Positions 10,765 to 21,085 of a stretch of DNA of 64,000 nt are shown here, in pieces. Position 1 is the first letter of the stretch. Every line of letters begins with the position of its first letter. The translations under genes were made by a program, and so were the position numbers. The DNA comes from Rhodothermales bacterium (lineage in GTDB: Bacteria; Bacteroidota; Rhodothermia; Rhodothermales; Bin80): NCBI GenBank assembly GCA_963665975.1, contig OY762508.1:715067-779066 (forward strand), written 5' to 3'. The notes under the pieces were generated by a model that searched no databases, was not told the DNA's origin, and saw only the letters and a program-made list of their open reading frames with translations.

Positions 10765-13128
10765 ATGAGTTCTAAAAACGTTCGCCGTCGTCAACCTACT
10801 CGAAAGGCGGAACCACTGGCCCCCAAACGCAGGATAGAAATATTGGGCATTGTCCTGATGATGCTCGCGGTGCTGTTGTCGATCGCCATCGTGACGTATC
10901 ATCCGGACGACGATACTCTGGTAAGTGACCTCTCCATGACCCAGATCCTGATTCCGGGATCAACCCCTGGTGTCATGAATGCCCTTGGGTCGGTGGGTGC
11001 CGTGTTGGCGCAACATATTGTGCCCAACTTTTTCGGGTACTCCACGCTGCTACTGACCGGGTTCCTGTTCGTATTCGGCTACAGGGTAATGCGCCGAAAG
11101 CGGTTGCGGCCTTTGCCATTCGCCCTGTTGATGACGCTCTTTGTCCTGGTCATGGGAGCAACGCTTGCGGCACGGATCGGCGATGCAATAGGCACCGAGT
11201 GGAACCTGTATACGGGTATCCTGGGGGACCGTGCCTCGGCGTGGCTCACCCAGGTTTTTGGCTCTCTGGGCTCCTTCGTGCTACTTGCAACAATCATTAT
11301 AGTAGCCGCACTACTGGTCATGGACCGGGACATCCAGCAAACCCTGGAACGCATCGAAAAAGGAGCCACCTACCTGCGCACACGCCCGCGATCCTGGTGG
11401 GGCGCGCTCAAGACATATGCAGCAGAGGCGAACAGGGATGCACCCAAGCACCCGGTAGGGTGGAGCGATCTGGAAGACAGCCCGCCCCGGCAACCCGCAT
11501 CAGCCCCATCGCCCGCTACCACACCTGAGCCAAACACTGAAAATCCCGGGGCGCCATCACTCGAGCTCAAAGTGGTCGGACCAGTCGAGGTGGAAGAAAC
11601 TGACGACATCGGTCACGCAGAAGATGTACCGGACGAAGCCGCGCCCTATACCTTCCCGTCCATCGAACTGCTCGACGCACCTGTCGACGACTCGCCGCAT
11701 ATCGACCGCGCGGAGCTGGAAGAGAACAAGCAAATTCTGCTCGACAAGCTTGCCGTTTATAATATCGACATCACAAGCATCAACGCCGTAGTCGGACCGA
11801 CTGTCACACTTTATGAGCTTGCACCGGCGCCCGGCGTAAAGATCAGCCGCATCAAGGCGCTCGAAGATGATCTTGCCATGGCTACCGCCGCACGTGGCAT
11901 TCGGATGATCGCCCCTATTCCCGGCAAATCGGTGGTCGGCATCGAAATTCCCAATCGGGTCCGCGAACTCGTCCGGCTGCGCTCCATTATCGGAACGACG
12001 ACTTTTCGTGACGCCCATATGCAATTGCCGGTGGCGCTGGGGAAAACGGTGGAAGGCGAAGTATTCCTGCAAGACCTCACCAAGATGCCCCATCTCCTGA
12101 TCGCGGGAGCAACGGGATCAGGGAAGTCGGTAGGGCTGAACACGCTAATTGCAGGGCTCCTGTACGCATGCCATCCATCACAACTCAAGTTCGTGATGAT
12201 CGATCCGAAAAAGATCGAATTGCAACAATACCGCGAATTGCGTGAGCACTACCTGGCCATTCCCGAAAACAGCGAGGAAGCCATCATCACCGATGTCGCC
12301 GATGCCCTGGGCATACTCAAGGGTTGTGAGCGGGAGATGGAAGAACGTTACGAGCTATTGTCCGACGCCAAGGTGCGCAGTGTCAAGGACTACAATAATG
12401 GTTTCCAGGCCGGCCGACTCGACGAGGAAAAGGGCCACCGACACCTGCCCTATATCGTCGTCATTGTGGATGAACTGGCGGACCTCATGATGACAGCAGG
12501 CAAGGATATAGAAGCTCCTATCGCGCGCCTCGCGCAGATGGCCCGCGCCGTCGGCATCCACCTGGTGCTGGCCACGCAACGCCCGTCTGTGGACGTTATC
12601 ACAGGCCTTATCAAGGCCAATTTCCCGTCCCGCGTAGCCTTCCAGGTCGCCTCCAAGATTGACGCCCGTACGATTTTGGACCAGAACGGCGCCGAAAGCC
12701 TCGTCGGAAACGGCGACATGCTCTATATGAGCGGCAGTCGCCTGCTGCGCCTGCAAGGACCCTTTGTTTCCGTCGACGAAGTCGACCGGATCATGGAATG
12801 CATCAGGGAGCAGCCAGGCCCCGGACCATACCTGTTGCCGCCTCTGGAAGACCCGCCCGGAATCGATGTTGGCGCCACCGATGCCGGCCATGGCAACACG
12901 GAGTTCGACGATCTCTTTGACGAAGCCGCACGCATTATCGTCCGAAGCCAGCAAGGATCGGTTTCCCTGCTCCAGCGCAAGCTGTCCGTGGGCTACACCC
13001 GCGCTGCCCGCATTGTCGATCAACTTGAAGAAGCCGGGGTCGTTGGAGCATTCATGGGCTCGAAGGCCCGTGAAGTCCTTGTCCCCGATGAACTGGCGCT
13101 CGAAGCCTTCCTGGAAGACCGGGCATAG
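10765..13128 (+). CDS. ftsK: DNA translocase FtsK/SpoIIIE
   Basis: N-terminal TM helices, PHLLIAGATGSGKS, VDELADLMM, ATQRPSVDVITG, gamma domain LQRKLSVGYTRAAR. Confidence 0.97.
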   Translation: MSSKNVRRRQPTRKAEPLAPKRRIEILGIVLMMLAVLLSIAIVTYHPDDDTLVSDLSMTQILIPGSTPGVMNALGSVGAVLAQHIVPNFFGYSTLLLTGFLFVFGYRVMRRKRLRPLPFALLMTLFVLVMGATLAARIGDAIGTEWNLYTGILGDRASAWLTQVFGSLGSFVLLATIIIVAALLVMDRDIQQTLERIEKGATYLRTRPRSWWGALKTYAAEANRDAPKHPVGWSDLEDSPPRQPASAPSPATTPEPNTENPGAPSLELKVVGPVEVEETDDIGHAEDVPDEAAPYTFPSIELLDAPVDDSPHIDRAELEENKQILLDKLAVYNIDITSINAVVGPTVTLYELAPAPGVKISRIKALEDDLAMATAARGIRMIAPIPGKSVVGIEIPNRVRELVRLRSIIGTTTFRDAHMQLPVALGKTVEGEVFLQDLTKMPHLLIAGATGSGKSVGLNTLIAGLLYACHPSQLKFVMIDPKKIELQQYRELREHYLAIPENSEEAIITDVADALGILKGCEREMEERYELLSDAKVRSVKDYNNGFQAGRLDEEKGHRHLPYIVVIVDELADLMMTAGKDIEAPIARLAQMARAVGIHLVLATQRPSVDVITGLIKANFPSRVAFQVASKIDARTILDQNGAESLVGNGDMLYMSGSRLLRLQGPFVSVDEVDRIMECIREQPGPGPYLLPPLEDPPGIDVGATDAGHGNTEFDDLFDEAARIIVRSQQGSVSLLQRKLSVGYTRAARIVDQLEEAGVVGAFMGSKAREVLVPDELALEAFLEDRA

Positions 13129-13212
13129 ACCGGGCCCGAACTGCTACCCGGCATCGGCAGCCAACCCTTTCACAACGCCATTCATTACACCCAACGACCG
13201 ATCCTTATCACC

Positions 13213-13722
13213 ATGTCCGACAACCCACTTGTAGGAATTATCATGGGCAGTGACTCAGATCTGCCCGTCATGCGCAAGGCGGCTGACATACTTCGCTCGT
13301 TCGATGTACCATTCGAAATCCGCGTCATGTCCGCGCACCGGACACCAGAAGACGCCCACCATTATGCAACGAGCGCACACACACGCGGGCTGAAAGTGCT
13401 TATCGCCGGCGCTGGCGTGGCGGCGCATCTGGGGGGCGTGCTTGCCGCCAACACCCCCCTGCCCGTCCTGGGCGTCCCCATCAATTCAGGCGCGCTTCAG
13501 GGACTCGATGCACTGCTCGCTACCGTGCAGATGCCAAGCGGCATCCCTGTCGGCACCCTTGCCATCGACGGGTCGAAGAACGCGGCGCTGCTGGCCGTCC
13601 AGATACTTGCCACGTCCAACAACGCGCTACAGAAACGCTTCCTGGCCTACAAGGCCGACATGGTAACACAGGTGCACGCCAAGGATGCCCGCGTACAGGC
13701 AGAAATGATGGCGCATGGCTAA
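13213..13722 (+). CDS. purE: N5-carboxyaminoimidazole ribonucleotide mutase
   Basis: IMGSDSD, SAHRTP, AGAGVAAHL, QMPSGIPV. Confidence 0.97.
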   Translation: MSDNPLVGIIMGSDSDLPVMRKAADILRSFDVPFEIRVMSAHRTPEDAHHYATSAHTRGLKVLIAGAGVAAHLGGVLAANTPLPVLGVPINSGALQGLDALLATVQMPSGIPVGTLAIDGSKNAALLAVQILATSNNALQKRFLAYKADMVTQVHAKDARVQAEMMAHG

Positions 13723-13786
13723 GCCCCGTGCCGCGAGATTCGCAGGCCGCGACCGGGTTGCCCGGTCAGGCTCCGGCTACTCGCCT

Positions 13787-16240
13787 CTACTCCTCAAGGA
13801 AGAGGTCCTGCTCCCGTTCGACGGTCTTACCCGACACATTGTCCGTTACGCGCAGCACCAGCGTGTATAAACCCATCTCTTCCTCGCTGGCGTCCAGGAT
13901 CTGGTACAATGCCTCGTCCGGCTCTGTCCCGGAACCCTCATAACTCACCGCGACGCCCGGGTCGCCACCGCCGAACACTCTTCCGATAAGTCGACGTATC
14001 CCCGTCTTCTCGTCCCGGGGCGACAGGACGATTTCCACGTCATAGTCGGTGTGGCCTTCTGGCCCGGTCTCGAGGTTGTATACTTCGAAATACAGATAAA
14101 TCGGCCAGTCTGTGGCGTACACACTCCACGGAGCCGGCAGGATCGACAAATCTCCGCGGGCCACTTCGTTCGGCGATAACGGCTTGCCGTCCGATGTCGT
14201 CTCTACCCGGTACGCCAGCATGATATTACTCAGCGCCACCCGGTCTCCGCCGTAATCCGGCACCTCTATGCTCCGGCGCTGCACGGCAACCGTGTGGCCA
14301 CTTGCCGTCTCAAATTCGACAGATACATCGTGGTCGCCGGGGGGCGCCTCCATCTCTTGCGTATCCACCCACAAGTCCTGCTCTGCAAATTCCACGACCT
14401 GGTCGGTCCGCAACCCGTAAATCGTACGACGCCGCTCCACCAGGATGTCACGCTGGTCATTGACGAGAAACGTTCCCGTATTCGCCGTGATTTCAATCAT
14501 GTCCGTGGACGCGTCGTACTCGTTAATCGGTATCCCGTAATGGACATACAGATCCGTCTTGTCTTCCTCTCCCTTAAACGTGGTGACCAGGAATGGCAAC
14601 TCAATCTGACGGCCTGGAGCCGTGTATTCGTAACGCTGCGGCGTCTTCTGGATAGTCTCATTGGTTCGAATAACATAGTCGTTCTGCCACGTGGTCAACT
14701 GCGTCGCACTCAGTTCAGCCGGCGGACTGTACATGCGGTATTCTCCATTGCGAAACGGATCCTCGAAGACAAAACGAAAGGCACCATACTCCCAGATGTT
14801 ATAGGCATTCATCTCCTCGAACGCCTCGCGCGCCGTTGACAAAACAGCGCCAAAGGAAGCCGACCCCGCCACCTGTCTGCCGAAGGTGCCGCGTCCCACT
14901 TCGTCGGTGCCGGAAATTGTGCTGGCAACGGCTCCAACCAGTGCTTCGCGCGCTGAAGACACCCCATCGCTGCGTGGCATTATGACAACGTCGCTCTGCG
15001 GCGGCCCGTAGCGCGCCAGGATTTGGCCTCGCTGCGTATCCCATCCCCGTAGGTCCAGATCGGGTGACCCATACAGCAAATCGGCGTAGGTGAGACGAAA
15101 ATAATGCTCCAGCTTCCGCTCATTGTACGGCGTAAGAAACCGTGGGTCCTGGCTTGTCCAAAAGCGCGCGGCATAGGCCACAGGATCCTCCTCAAACAAC
15201 GCTTCCTCCTCGCGCCTCAGAAACAGCTCCAGATCATTGTACGCCTTCTCCTCCTCCTCGTCCATGTATTCGAACGCAGTCGAAAAACTTAGATCCGCCG
15301 CATTCATATCCCCGAGCTGATAATGCGCGAGCCCGAAATATCGCCACATATCAGAGTCTTCCGGAAAAAAGCGATACATCTGGTTAAGCATCTCAAGTGC
15401 GTCTTCGTACTCGCCCTTCAATGCAAATATCTCCATCAACTCATCATAGACCGTCCGGCGGCGCGGGTCCACTTCTATTGACTTGCGAAGATGTCCGATC
15501 GCACGCTCATATGCCCGGTCTGCCTGGCGGCTCAAATCAACGACGGGTGTACCCTGACTCTTTAGCGCCTCCACATCGAACCGGTCATTCAAGAAAACCT
15601 CGTCCGGCGATGAAGCCGCGGAAAAGCCATCAATGGGAGTACCTTCCAGGGCCTGCTGCTCGATCATTTCGTCGATCGTCGTAGTCTGGTCCCCAAAGAC
15701 TCCCTCATAACTGCCGGACTGGGTCTCCGATCGCCGGCTCCCACCGACATATCCGTAGTGCAGCATCGGCAGCATGATGGCATTCCGGTACCGCCAGAAA
15801 TCCCGAATATTTACAAGGCCCAATTCTTCATGCGCAAAGGCATTATCGGGATCAAGTTTCAGGATCCTCCTCGACAACTCTAAGCGTCTCGTCTCTTTGA
15901 TCCGCTCCGTGATAAAATTCCAGGAGTCCGTCCGGTACTGCTGCAGGCTGGCCACCATGTATTCCACGTTATCCGGCTCCAGCTCCAACGCCTTCTGAAT
16001 TGCACGACGCGCCTTGCGCTTGTCCCTTAGCGGCGTTTCGAAGTACACGCGGGCTACCAGAAAATGGGTCTCCGCATTGTCCGGCTCCTGCATCGCCAAG
16101 TAGTCGAAAATTGCGGCGGCATCCGCAAAGCGCTCCTCGCGAAATGCCTGCTTGCCATCGTCCAGCGAACCTTGTGGTATCTGCGCAAGAACCGGGAAGC
16201 CGGCGACCAAAAGAACCAGCGAAAAAAGCAGCGTTCTCAT
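13787..16240 (-). CDS. Secreted TPR-containing GWxTD-domain protein
   Basis: Signal peptide MRTLLFSLVLL..AQ, TPR-like helices, FWTSQDP..NE.KLEHYFR..YAD...GWDTQRGQILARYGPP; start moved to ATG 16240. Confidence 0.8.
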   Translation of the reverse strand: MRTLLFSLVLLVAGFPVLAQIPQGSLDDGKQAFREERFADAAAIFDYLAMQEPDNAETHFLVARVYFETPLRDKRKARRAIQKALELEPDNVEYMVASLQQYRTDSWNFITERIKETRRLELSRRILKLDPDNAFAHEELGLVNIRDFWRYRNAIMLPMLHYGYVGGSRRSETQSGSYEGVFGDQTTTIDEMIEQQALEGTPIDGFSAASSPDEVFLNDRFDVEALKSQGTPVVDLSRQADRAYERAIGHLRKSIEVDPRRRTVYDELMEIFALKGEYEDALEMLNQMYRFFPEDSDMWRYFGLAHYQLGDMNAADLSFSTAFEYMDEEEEKAYNDLELFLRREEEALFEEDPVAYAARFWTSQDPRFLTPYNERKLEHYFRLTYADLLYGSPDLDLRGWDTQRGQILARYGPPQSDVVIMPRSDGVSSAREALVGAVASTISGTDEVGRGTFGRQVAGSASFGAVLSTAREAFEEMNAYNIWEYGAFRFVFEDPFRNGEYRMYSPPAELSATQLTTWQNDYVIRTNETIQKTPQRYEYTAPGRQIELPFLVTTFKGEEDKTDLYVHYGIPINEYDASTDMIEITANTGTFLVNDQRDILVERRRTIYGLRTDQVVEFAEQDLWVDTQEMEAPPGDHDVSVEFETASGHTVAVQRRSIEVPDYGGDRVALSNIMLAYRVETTSDGKPLSPNEVARGDLSILPAPWSVYATDWPIYLYFEVYNLETGPEGHTDYDVEIVLSPRDEKTGIRRLIGRVFGGGDPGVAVSYEGSGTEPDEALYQILDASEEEMGLYTLVLRVTDNVSGKTVEREQDLFLEE

Positions 16241-16361
16241 AATTCTGTGACGGTAGGCCGAATAGACTGCGGCATCCTGTAAGGTAACATGCAAGAGCCC
16301 CATACGCTCCCACGAAATCAGCAACCGGCATAGTGCCCGGGTTAGCAGTCTCATACAGGGG

Positions 16362-17597
16362 CTAAACAGACTTCGGGCGCACTACGCGCACGAAGCGGCG
16401 CTTGCCAGCCCGGAGCACGAATGGGACCCGCTGGGCAAGATCGATTTCCAGGCGGAAGTCCGACACACGCTCGCCGTCAATGGAAACCGCTCGCTGCTGC
16501 ACGAGACGACGCGCCGCGCCATTCGATTCGGTGAGTCCTGCCTGTGTCAGCAACGTCAGTAGTCCAATGGTGGCGCCACCCTGCGGATCTGGGTGGTAAT
16601 CGGGAATCTCGTCGGGGATTTCCTTGCGTATCACCGTGCGCTCAAACTGCGTGCGCGCCTCGGTTGCGGCTTCCTCCCCGTGGTACATGCGTGCAATCGT
16701 AAACGCCAACTCGTGCTTGGCGTCACGCGGATGCTCCCTGGCCTTGACCTTGAGATCTGCGAGCGCATGGGTGTCGACGTCAGAAGCAAGTTCGAAGTAG
16801 CGATAGATGAGTTCGTCCGGAATCGACAACAATTTGCCATACATCTCTTCAGGCGCTTCTCGTATCCCTACATAATTGTCGAGCGACTTCGACATCTTTT
16901 CTGCACCGCGAAGACCCTCCAGAATCGGTAACATGATGCATACCTGCGGCTCAATGCCGACAGACTTCTGGATGGAGCGTCCTACCAGAAGATTGAATTT
17001 CTGGTCCGTACCGCCAAGTTCGATGTCGGCCTCGATGACAACGGAGTCCTGCGCTTGCGCCAAAGGATACAGTAGCTCGTGCAGGCCAATCGGGGAGTCC
17101 AGTTCGTAGCGCCTGGCGAAATCGTCCCGTGCAAGCATCTGCGCGACCGTGTATCGCTGCGCAAGCTCTACGACGTCTCGGAATGTCATCGCCCCCAACC
17201 ACTCGGAGTTGTAGACGATCTTTACCCTGTCAGCGTCCAGAATCGCCGACGCCTGCTCAAAGTATGACCGCCCATTTCGTCGGGTCTCCTCCAGCGACAA
17301 TGCGGGTCGCGTTTTGGATCGGCCGCTGGCGTCGCCGATCATGCCCGTAAAATCACCGACGATCAGAATTGCCTGATGCCCCAGATCCTGGAACTGACGC
17401 AGCTTGCGCAGCACGACCGCATGCCCAAGATGCAGATCAGGACGGCTGGGGTCACACCCCAACTTGACGGTGAGCGGCTTACCGGCCTTGGCCGACCTGG
17501 CCAGTTTCCGGGCAAGCTCCTCCTCCGGAATGATCTCTTCGACACCACGCCGAATGTGTAGCAGCTGTTCTTGTACTGGCGGAAACATGCGATTCAA
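16362..17597 (-). CDS. tyrS: Tyrosine--tRNA ligase
   Basis: HLGH and KMSKS class I motifs, GGTDQKFN, C-terminal S4 domain. Confidence 0.97.
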   Translation of the reverse strand: MNRMFPPVQEQLLHIRRGVEEIIPEEELARKLARSAKAGKPLTVKLGCDPSRPDLHLGHAVVLRKLRQFQDLGHQAILIVGDFTGMIGDASGRSKTRPALSLEETRRNGRSYFEQASAILDADRVKIVYNSEWLGAMTFRDVVELAQRYTVAQMLARDDFARRYELDSPIGLHELLYPLAQAQDSVVIEADIELGGTDQKFNLLVGRSIQKSVGIEPQVCIMLPILEGLRGAEKMSKSLDNYVGIREAPEEMYGKLLSIPDELIYRYFELASDVDTHALADLKVKAREHPRDAKHELAFTIARMYHGEEAATEARTQFERTVIRKEIPDEIPDYHPDPQGGATIGLLTLLTQAGLTESNGAARRLVQQRAVSIDGERVSDFRLEIDLAQRVPFVLRAGKRRFVRVVRPKSV

Positions 17598-18049
17598 TAC
17601 TGTTTAAGCATGCGGTCAATGCGTCGCTTGTTGTCGCGATCGGTTATCGTCGCTCGTTTGTCACGCACATGCTTGCCACGCGCAATGGCGATTTCGACCT
17701 TCGCAATACCCTTTCGAAAGTACAATTTGGTTGGGATGACCGTAAAGCCCTTCTGCTCGGTCGCCTTCTTGATCCGCAGGATTTCACGCTTGTGCAGAAG
17801 CAGCTTGCGCGGGCGCAGCGGATCGTGGTTTTCGTAACTCGCATGGCTGTAGGGCGCGATATGGGCGCTGAACAGGTATACCTCTCCTCGGTCGACCCTG
17901 CAGAAGGCGTCCACCAGGCTGGCTTTCCCTTCACGCAGCGCCTTCACCTCGGTGCCCTGCAGCGCCATGCCTGCCTCCATTCTGTCCAGGAGTTCGTACT
18001 CGCGCCGCGCCCGCCGGTTGTTCGCTATGATGGATATTGCTTCCGCCAT
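17594..18049 (-). CDS. smpB: SsrA-binding protein SmpB
   Basis: NRRA, EAGMALQGTEVK, RKLLLHKREI, DKRA. Confidence 0.97.
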   Translation of the reverse strand: MAEAISIIANNRRARREYELLDRMEAGMALQGTEVKALREGKASLVDAFCRVDRGEVYLFSAHIAPYSHASYENHDPLRPRKLLLHKREILRIKKATEQKGFTVIPTKLYFRKGIAKVEIAIARGKHVRDKRATITDRDNKRRIDRMLKQY

Positions 18050-18061
18050 GACCTCGTGGCC

Positions 18062-18874
18062 CTACAGGGAGGGTTGATCCGCCTCGTACCACGAGCCCGC
18101 CTCTGGTGTTGGCGGCGAATAGAACGTGGGATCAGCGATTTCGTTGGTTACCTTATAGTAGTACAAAAATTCGCGCAGTTTGGTCAGCCCCGCTATAGCA
18201 AGATCGTCCAGGCGGAACCGCACATCATGTGCATAGAACCCGCGCAGGACTGGCGGTGTCCTGTCTGTCCCGGCCCACGCGGCGGCCTGCCGCTCCGCTT
18301 CGGCGGCTAACGCGGTAACAGCGTCAAGAGCAGCAGCCGATGCCAACTCGCGGAGAGTCACAAACAGACCCCATACCATCGGGTACTGGGCCAGCTCATA
18401 CCACTCTCGCCCCAAATCAAGCGTAATGCCGGCCTCTGGCAACGCCGGAATGTCCCTGCCTACCAGAAGACTCGCATCTTCGGTGGCCTGTACCAAGGCA
18501 TCCAGAGACCCTTCGGGGACCGCCACAAACGCCGGAGCGAGCCCGTAATGTTCCTGAAACGAGATCCGCGCAAGCAGGGCCTCGATCGCGTCCGTACTAT
18601 GGTAGGCGACCGACTGCACGTGGCTTAGTCCACGGCGCAGCACGATGCGCGCGAAAGGATACGCCCACGTAGATACCGCCGCGCCGGGCAAGACGGCAAA
18701 GGCATCCGCGTTCCCCAGGACTACCGTGCTCGGCAGAAACGCCACGTCCACCTGTCTCTCCAGGAGCAATTGCGTGCACACCTCCCCACCAGCCCGCTCT
18801 ACTTCCAGCGCCTGGGATTTTGCAGCAGCAAACAAACAATCAGTGGGCGGAAAATCCCAGAGCGCGACGTGCAT
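18062..18874 (-). CDS. MqnA/MqnD-like substrate-binding-fold protein (futalosine menaquinone pathway-like)
   Basis: DASLLVG..., LDLGREWYELAQYPMVWGLFV resembles MqnA DLG..W...TGLP.VFA.W; start set at ATG 18874 after rplS. Confidence 0.7.
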   Translation of the reverse strand: MHVALWDFPPTDCLFAAAKSQALEVERAGGEVCTQLLLERQVDVAFLPSTVVLGNADAFAVLPGAAVSTWAYPFARIVLRRGLSHVQSVAYHSTDAIEALLARISFQEHYGLAPAFVAVPEGSLDALVQATEDASLLVGRDIPALPEAGITLDLGREWYELAQYPMVWGLFVTLRELASAAALDAVTALAAEAERQAAAWAGTDRTPPVLRGFYAHDVRFRLDDLAIAGLTKLREFLYYYKVTNEIADPTFYSPPTPEAGSWYEADQPSL

Positions 18875-18878
18875 AGGC

Positions 18879-19241
18879 CTAGCGCGTATCCCGCACGCGC
18901 TCCTTGATGCGCGCGGCCTTGCCGCGCAGCTTGCGTAGATAGTATAGTTTGGCCCGCCGCACACGGCCGCGCCGCTTGACTTCCACGGTGGCGATTTTTG
19001 GCGAGTGATACGGGAAGACCCGCTCCACACCCACTCCGTTGGAAATCTTGCGCACCATGAAGCTTTTGCTCGTCCCACCACCTCTGATGCTGATCACCAC
19101 ACCCTGGAAAATCTGGATACGCTCCTTCTGACCTTCTGTCACGCGCGCATGCACAGCTACGGTGTCTCCGGGCTCGAATGGGGGCAACTCGTTTTCTCTG
19201 AACTGTGTCGCCTCAACGAGCTTCACGATATCAGTCGACAT
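18879..19241 (-). CDS. rplS: 50S ribosomal protein L19
   Basis: [38 protein letters not shown]. Confidence 0.98.
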   Translation of the reverse strand: MSTDIVKLVEATQFRENELPPFEPGDTVAVHARVTEGQKERIQIFQGVVISIRGGGTSKSFMVRKISNGVGVERVFPYHSPKIATVEVKRRGRVRRAKLYYLRKLRGKAARIKERVRDTR

Positions 19242-19938
19242 GGCGCACCTCCTCTTGTTGTGGTTTCATTGCCGCCCGTATGTCGGGCCGCCTGTTATTT
19301 GTTTTTGTCAATCGCGCTCGCTCGCGCCACTGCGCAATCCGGTCATGATCCCCGCTGCGCAGAACGCTCGGTACTTCCATTCCGCGAAAACTTGCCGGAC
19401 GCGTGTATACGGGCTCTCCCAACAGTCCATCCTGGAATGAATCCGTCAGGGCTGACGACGCATCCCGAAGAACGCCAGGCACCAGCCGGACGATCGAGTC
19501 CACCAGTACGAGAGCTGGCAGTTCTCCCCCACTCAGCACGTAGTCCCCAATGGATATCTCCCGTGTCACCAGCACATCACGCACCCGCTGGTCTACGCCC
19601 TTGTAATGGCCAGCGAGCAGTACGAGACGCCGCTTGAGCGATAATTCATTGGCAACCGCCTGCGTATACCGGTCGCCGTCCGGACTGAGAAAGATCACTT
19701 CATCAACCGAAGCAGACACTTGTAACGCCTCAATGCAGGCAAAGATCGGCTCTGGCTTCAACACCATGCCTGCAGCGCCACCATAGGCATAGTCGTCGAT
19801 CACTTGATGCTTGCCCGCAGCGTACGTACGCAGATCGTGCACACGGACCTCGATCTGCCCGGCTGCGCGGCGTAATACACTCACGTCGAGCGCATCCCGC
19901 AACTGATCTGGCAACGCTGTGAGAATATCGATCCGCAC
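19231..19938 (-). CDS. trmD: tRNA (guanine37-N1)-methyltransferase
   Basis: [38 protein letters not shown]. Confidence 0.97.
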   Translation of the reverse strand: MRIDILTALPDQLRDALDVSVLRRAAGQIEVRVHDLRTYAAGKHQVIDDYAYGGAAGMVLKPEPIFACIEALQVSASVDEVIFLSPDGDRYTQAVANELSLKRRLVLLAGHYKGVDQRVRDVLVTREISIGDYVLSGGELPALVLVDSIVRLVPGVLRDASSALTDSFQDGLLGEPVYTRPASFRGMEVPSVLRSGDHDRIAQWRERARLTKTNNRRPDIRAAMKPQQEEVRHVD

Positions 19939-19947
19939 GATGTCTCC

Positions 19948-20487
19948 TTAGTCCAGCAGGCCTTCAATGGGCCGCACAACCAGTCTTGCGCCCGCGACGT
20001 CCACGCGCTTGATAAACGCCGGGACGGCCGGGATGAGCGCATCGCGCCTACCGGGGCGTGCGACTACGTAAACATTCGATGCCGGCATTTCCCATACATC
20101 GCGAACGGTGCCAATCGCCACGCCATCCTCTGTCAGCACCGACAGACCAATGATGTCGTGCAGGAAGAATTCGTCTTCTTCCAGCGGCGGCAAGTCTGCA
20201 GGCCGCGCGAACACACTACTGCGGGAAAGCGCAGCCGCCTCTTCCTGGCTCGTGACGCCATGCAAACGCAAGAGCACCGTCACCCCGCGTCCGGAATGTT
20301 GCATGCGCACGCCAGCCACGCCGAAGAGCCTGGCTGATTCTGCCGTCGCGCCAACCAACACCTCTTTCAGGAGCGTGAAGCGGTTAGGGTCATCCGTTTC
20401 CGGAATTACCTTGCACTCGCCCCGAAGGCCATGTGGCTTGCCGATACGGCCTATGAGCAGGCAGCTGTCCACGTCCAGGACGTCCAT
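19948..20487 (-). CDS. rimM: 16S rRNA processing protein RimM
   Basis: GRIGKPHGLRGE, EFFLHDIIG, LIPAV; position between rpsP and trmD. Confidence 0.95.
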   Translation of the reverse strand: MDVLDVDSCLLIGRIGKPHGLRGECKVIPETDDPNRFTLLKEVLVGATAESARLFGVAGVRMQHSGRGVTVLLRLHGVTSQEEAAALSRSSVFARPADLPPLEEDEFFLHDIIGLSVLTEDGVAIGTVRDVWEMPASNVYVVARPGRRDALIPAVPAFIKRVDVAGARLVVRPIEGLLD

Positions 20488-20498
20488 GACACCATTGT

Positions 20499-21050
20499 TT
20501 ATTCAGCAGACGCGGCTTCCGCATCGGCGACCTGTACTGCGGCTTCCGGCTCCTTGCGGGCTTCCGCCGCCTTGGCGGCGGCCTCCTCTTTGGCCTTCCG
20601 TTCTTCGGCTGCCTTGCGTCGCTTTTCAGCCGCTTTGGCCTCCGTGGCTGCCACCTTCGAGGCCTCCGCCTCAAGGGACCGCCTGCGGCGCTCCGCGCCA
20701 GTCACCTTCTTGTTGCTCTCTGCCCTGTCAACATGCCGCTGGCGATGCGCAGCAACAGCCTCCTCGATTTCTTCCGCACTCTTCCCCTTGCGGCGCAGGT
20801 GGAGGCCCAGCAGAATCCCCTGCTTGCTCAGCAGGCTGCGTACGGTTTCGGTCGGCTGTGCACCAACCTCGAGCCAGTGCAACACGCGGTCTTCCTTGAG
20901 CTCGATGCGCGCTGGCTCTTCCAGCGGGCAATAGCGTCCCAGGTCCTCAATGTATCTCCCGTCACGGGGGGCGCGGACATCGGCGGCTACGACCGCCCAA
21001 ATGGGGAGCTTTTTCCGGCCCATCCGGCGCAATCTGATCTTTACGGCCAC
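20499..21050 (-). CDS. rpsP: 30S ribosomal protein S16 with Ala/Glu/Lys-rich C-terminal extension
   Basis: MAVKIRLRRMGRKK, RDGRYIE, WLEVGAQPTETV. Confidence 0.97.
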   Translation of the reverse strand: MAVKIRLRRMGRKKLPIWAVVAADVRAPRDGRYIEDLGRYCPLEEPARIELKEDRVLHWLEVGAQPTETVRSLLSKQGILLGLHLRRKGKSAEEIEEAVAAHRQRHVDRAESNKKVTGAERRRRSLEAEASKVAATEAKAAEKRRKAAEERKAKEEAAAKAAEARKEPEAAVQVADAEAASAE

Positions 21051-21085
21051 GTAATTAGTGTTTTGTGGTTGGTGTGGGCGATGGG

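Noticed and set aside
20499-20760. Low-complexity repeats in rpsP
   Set aside because: Ordinary Ala/Glu/Lys-rich S16 extension common in this lineage.
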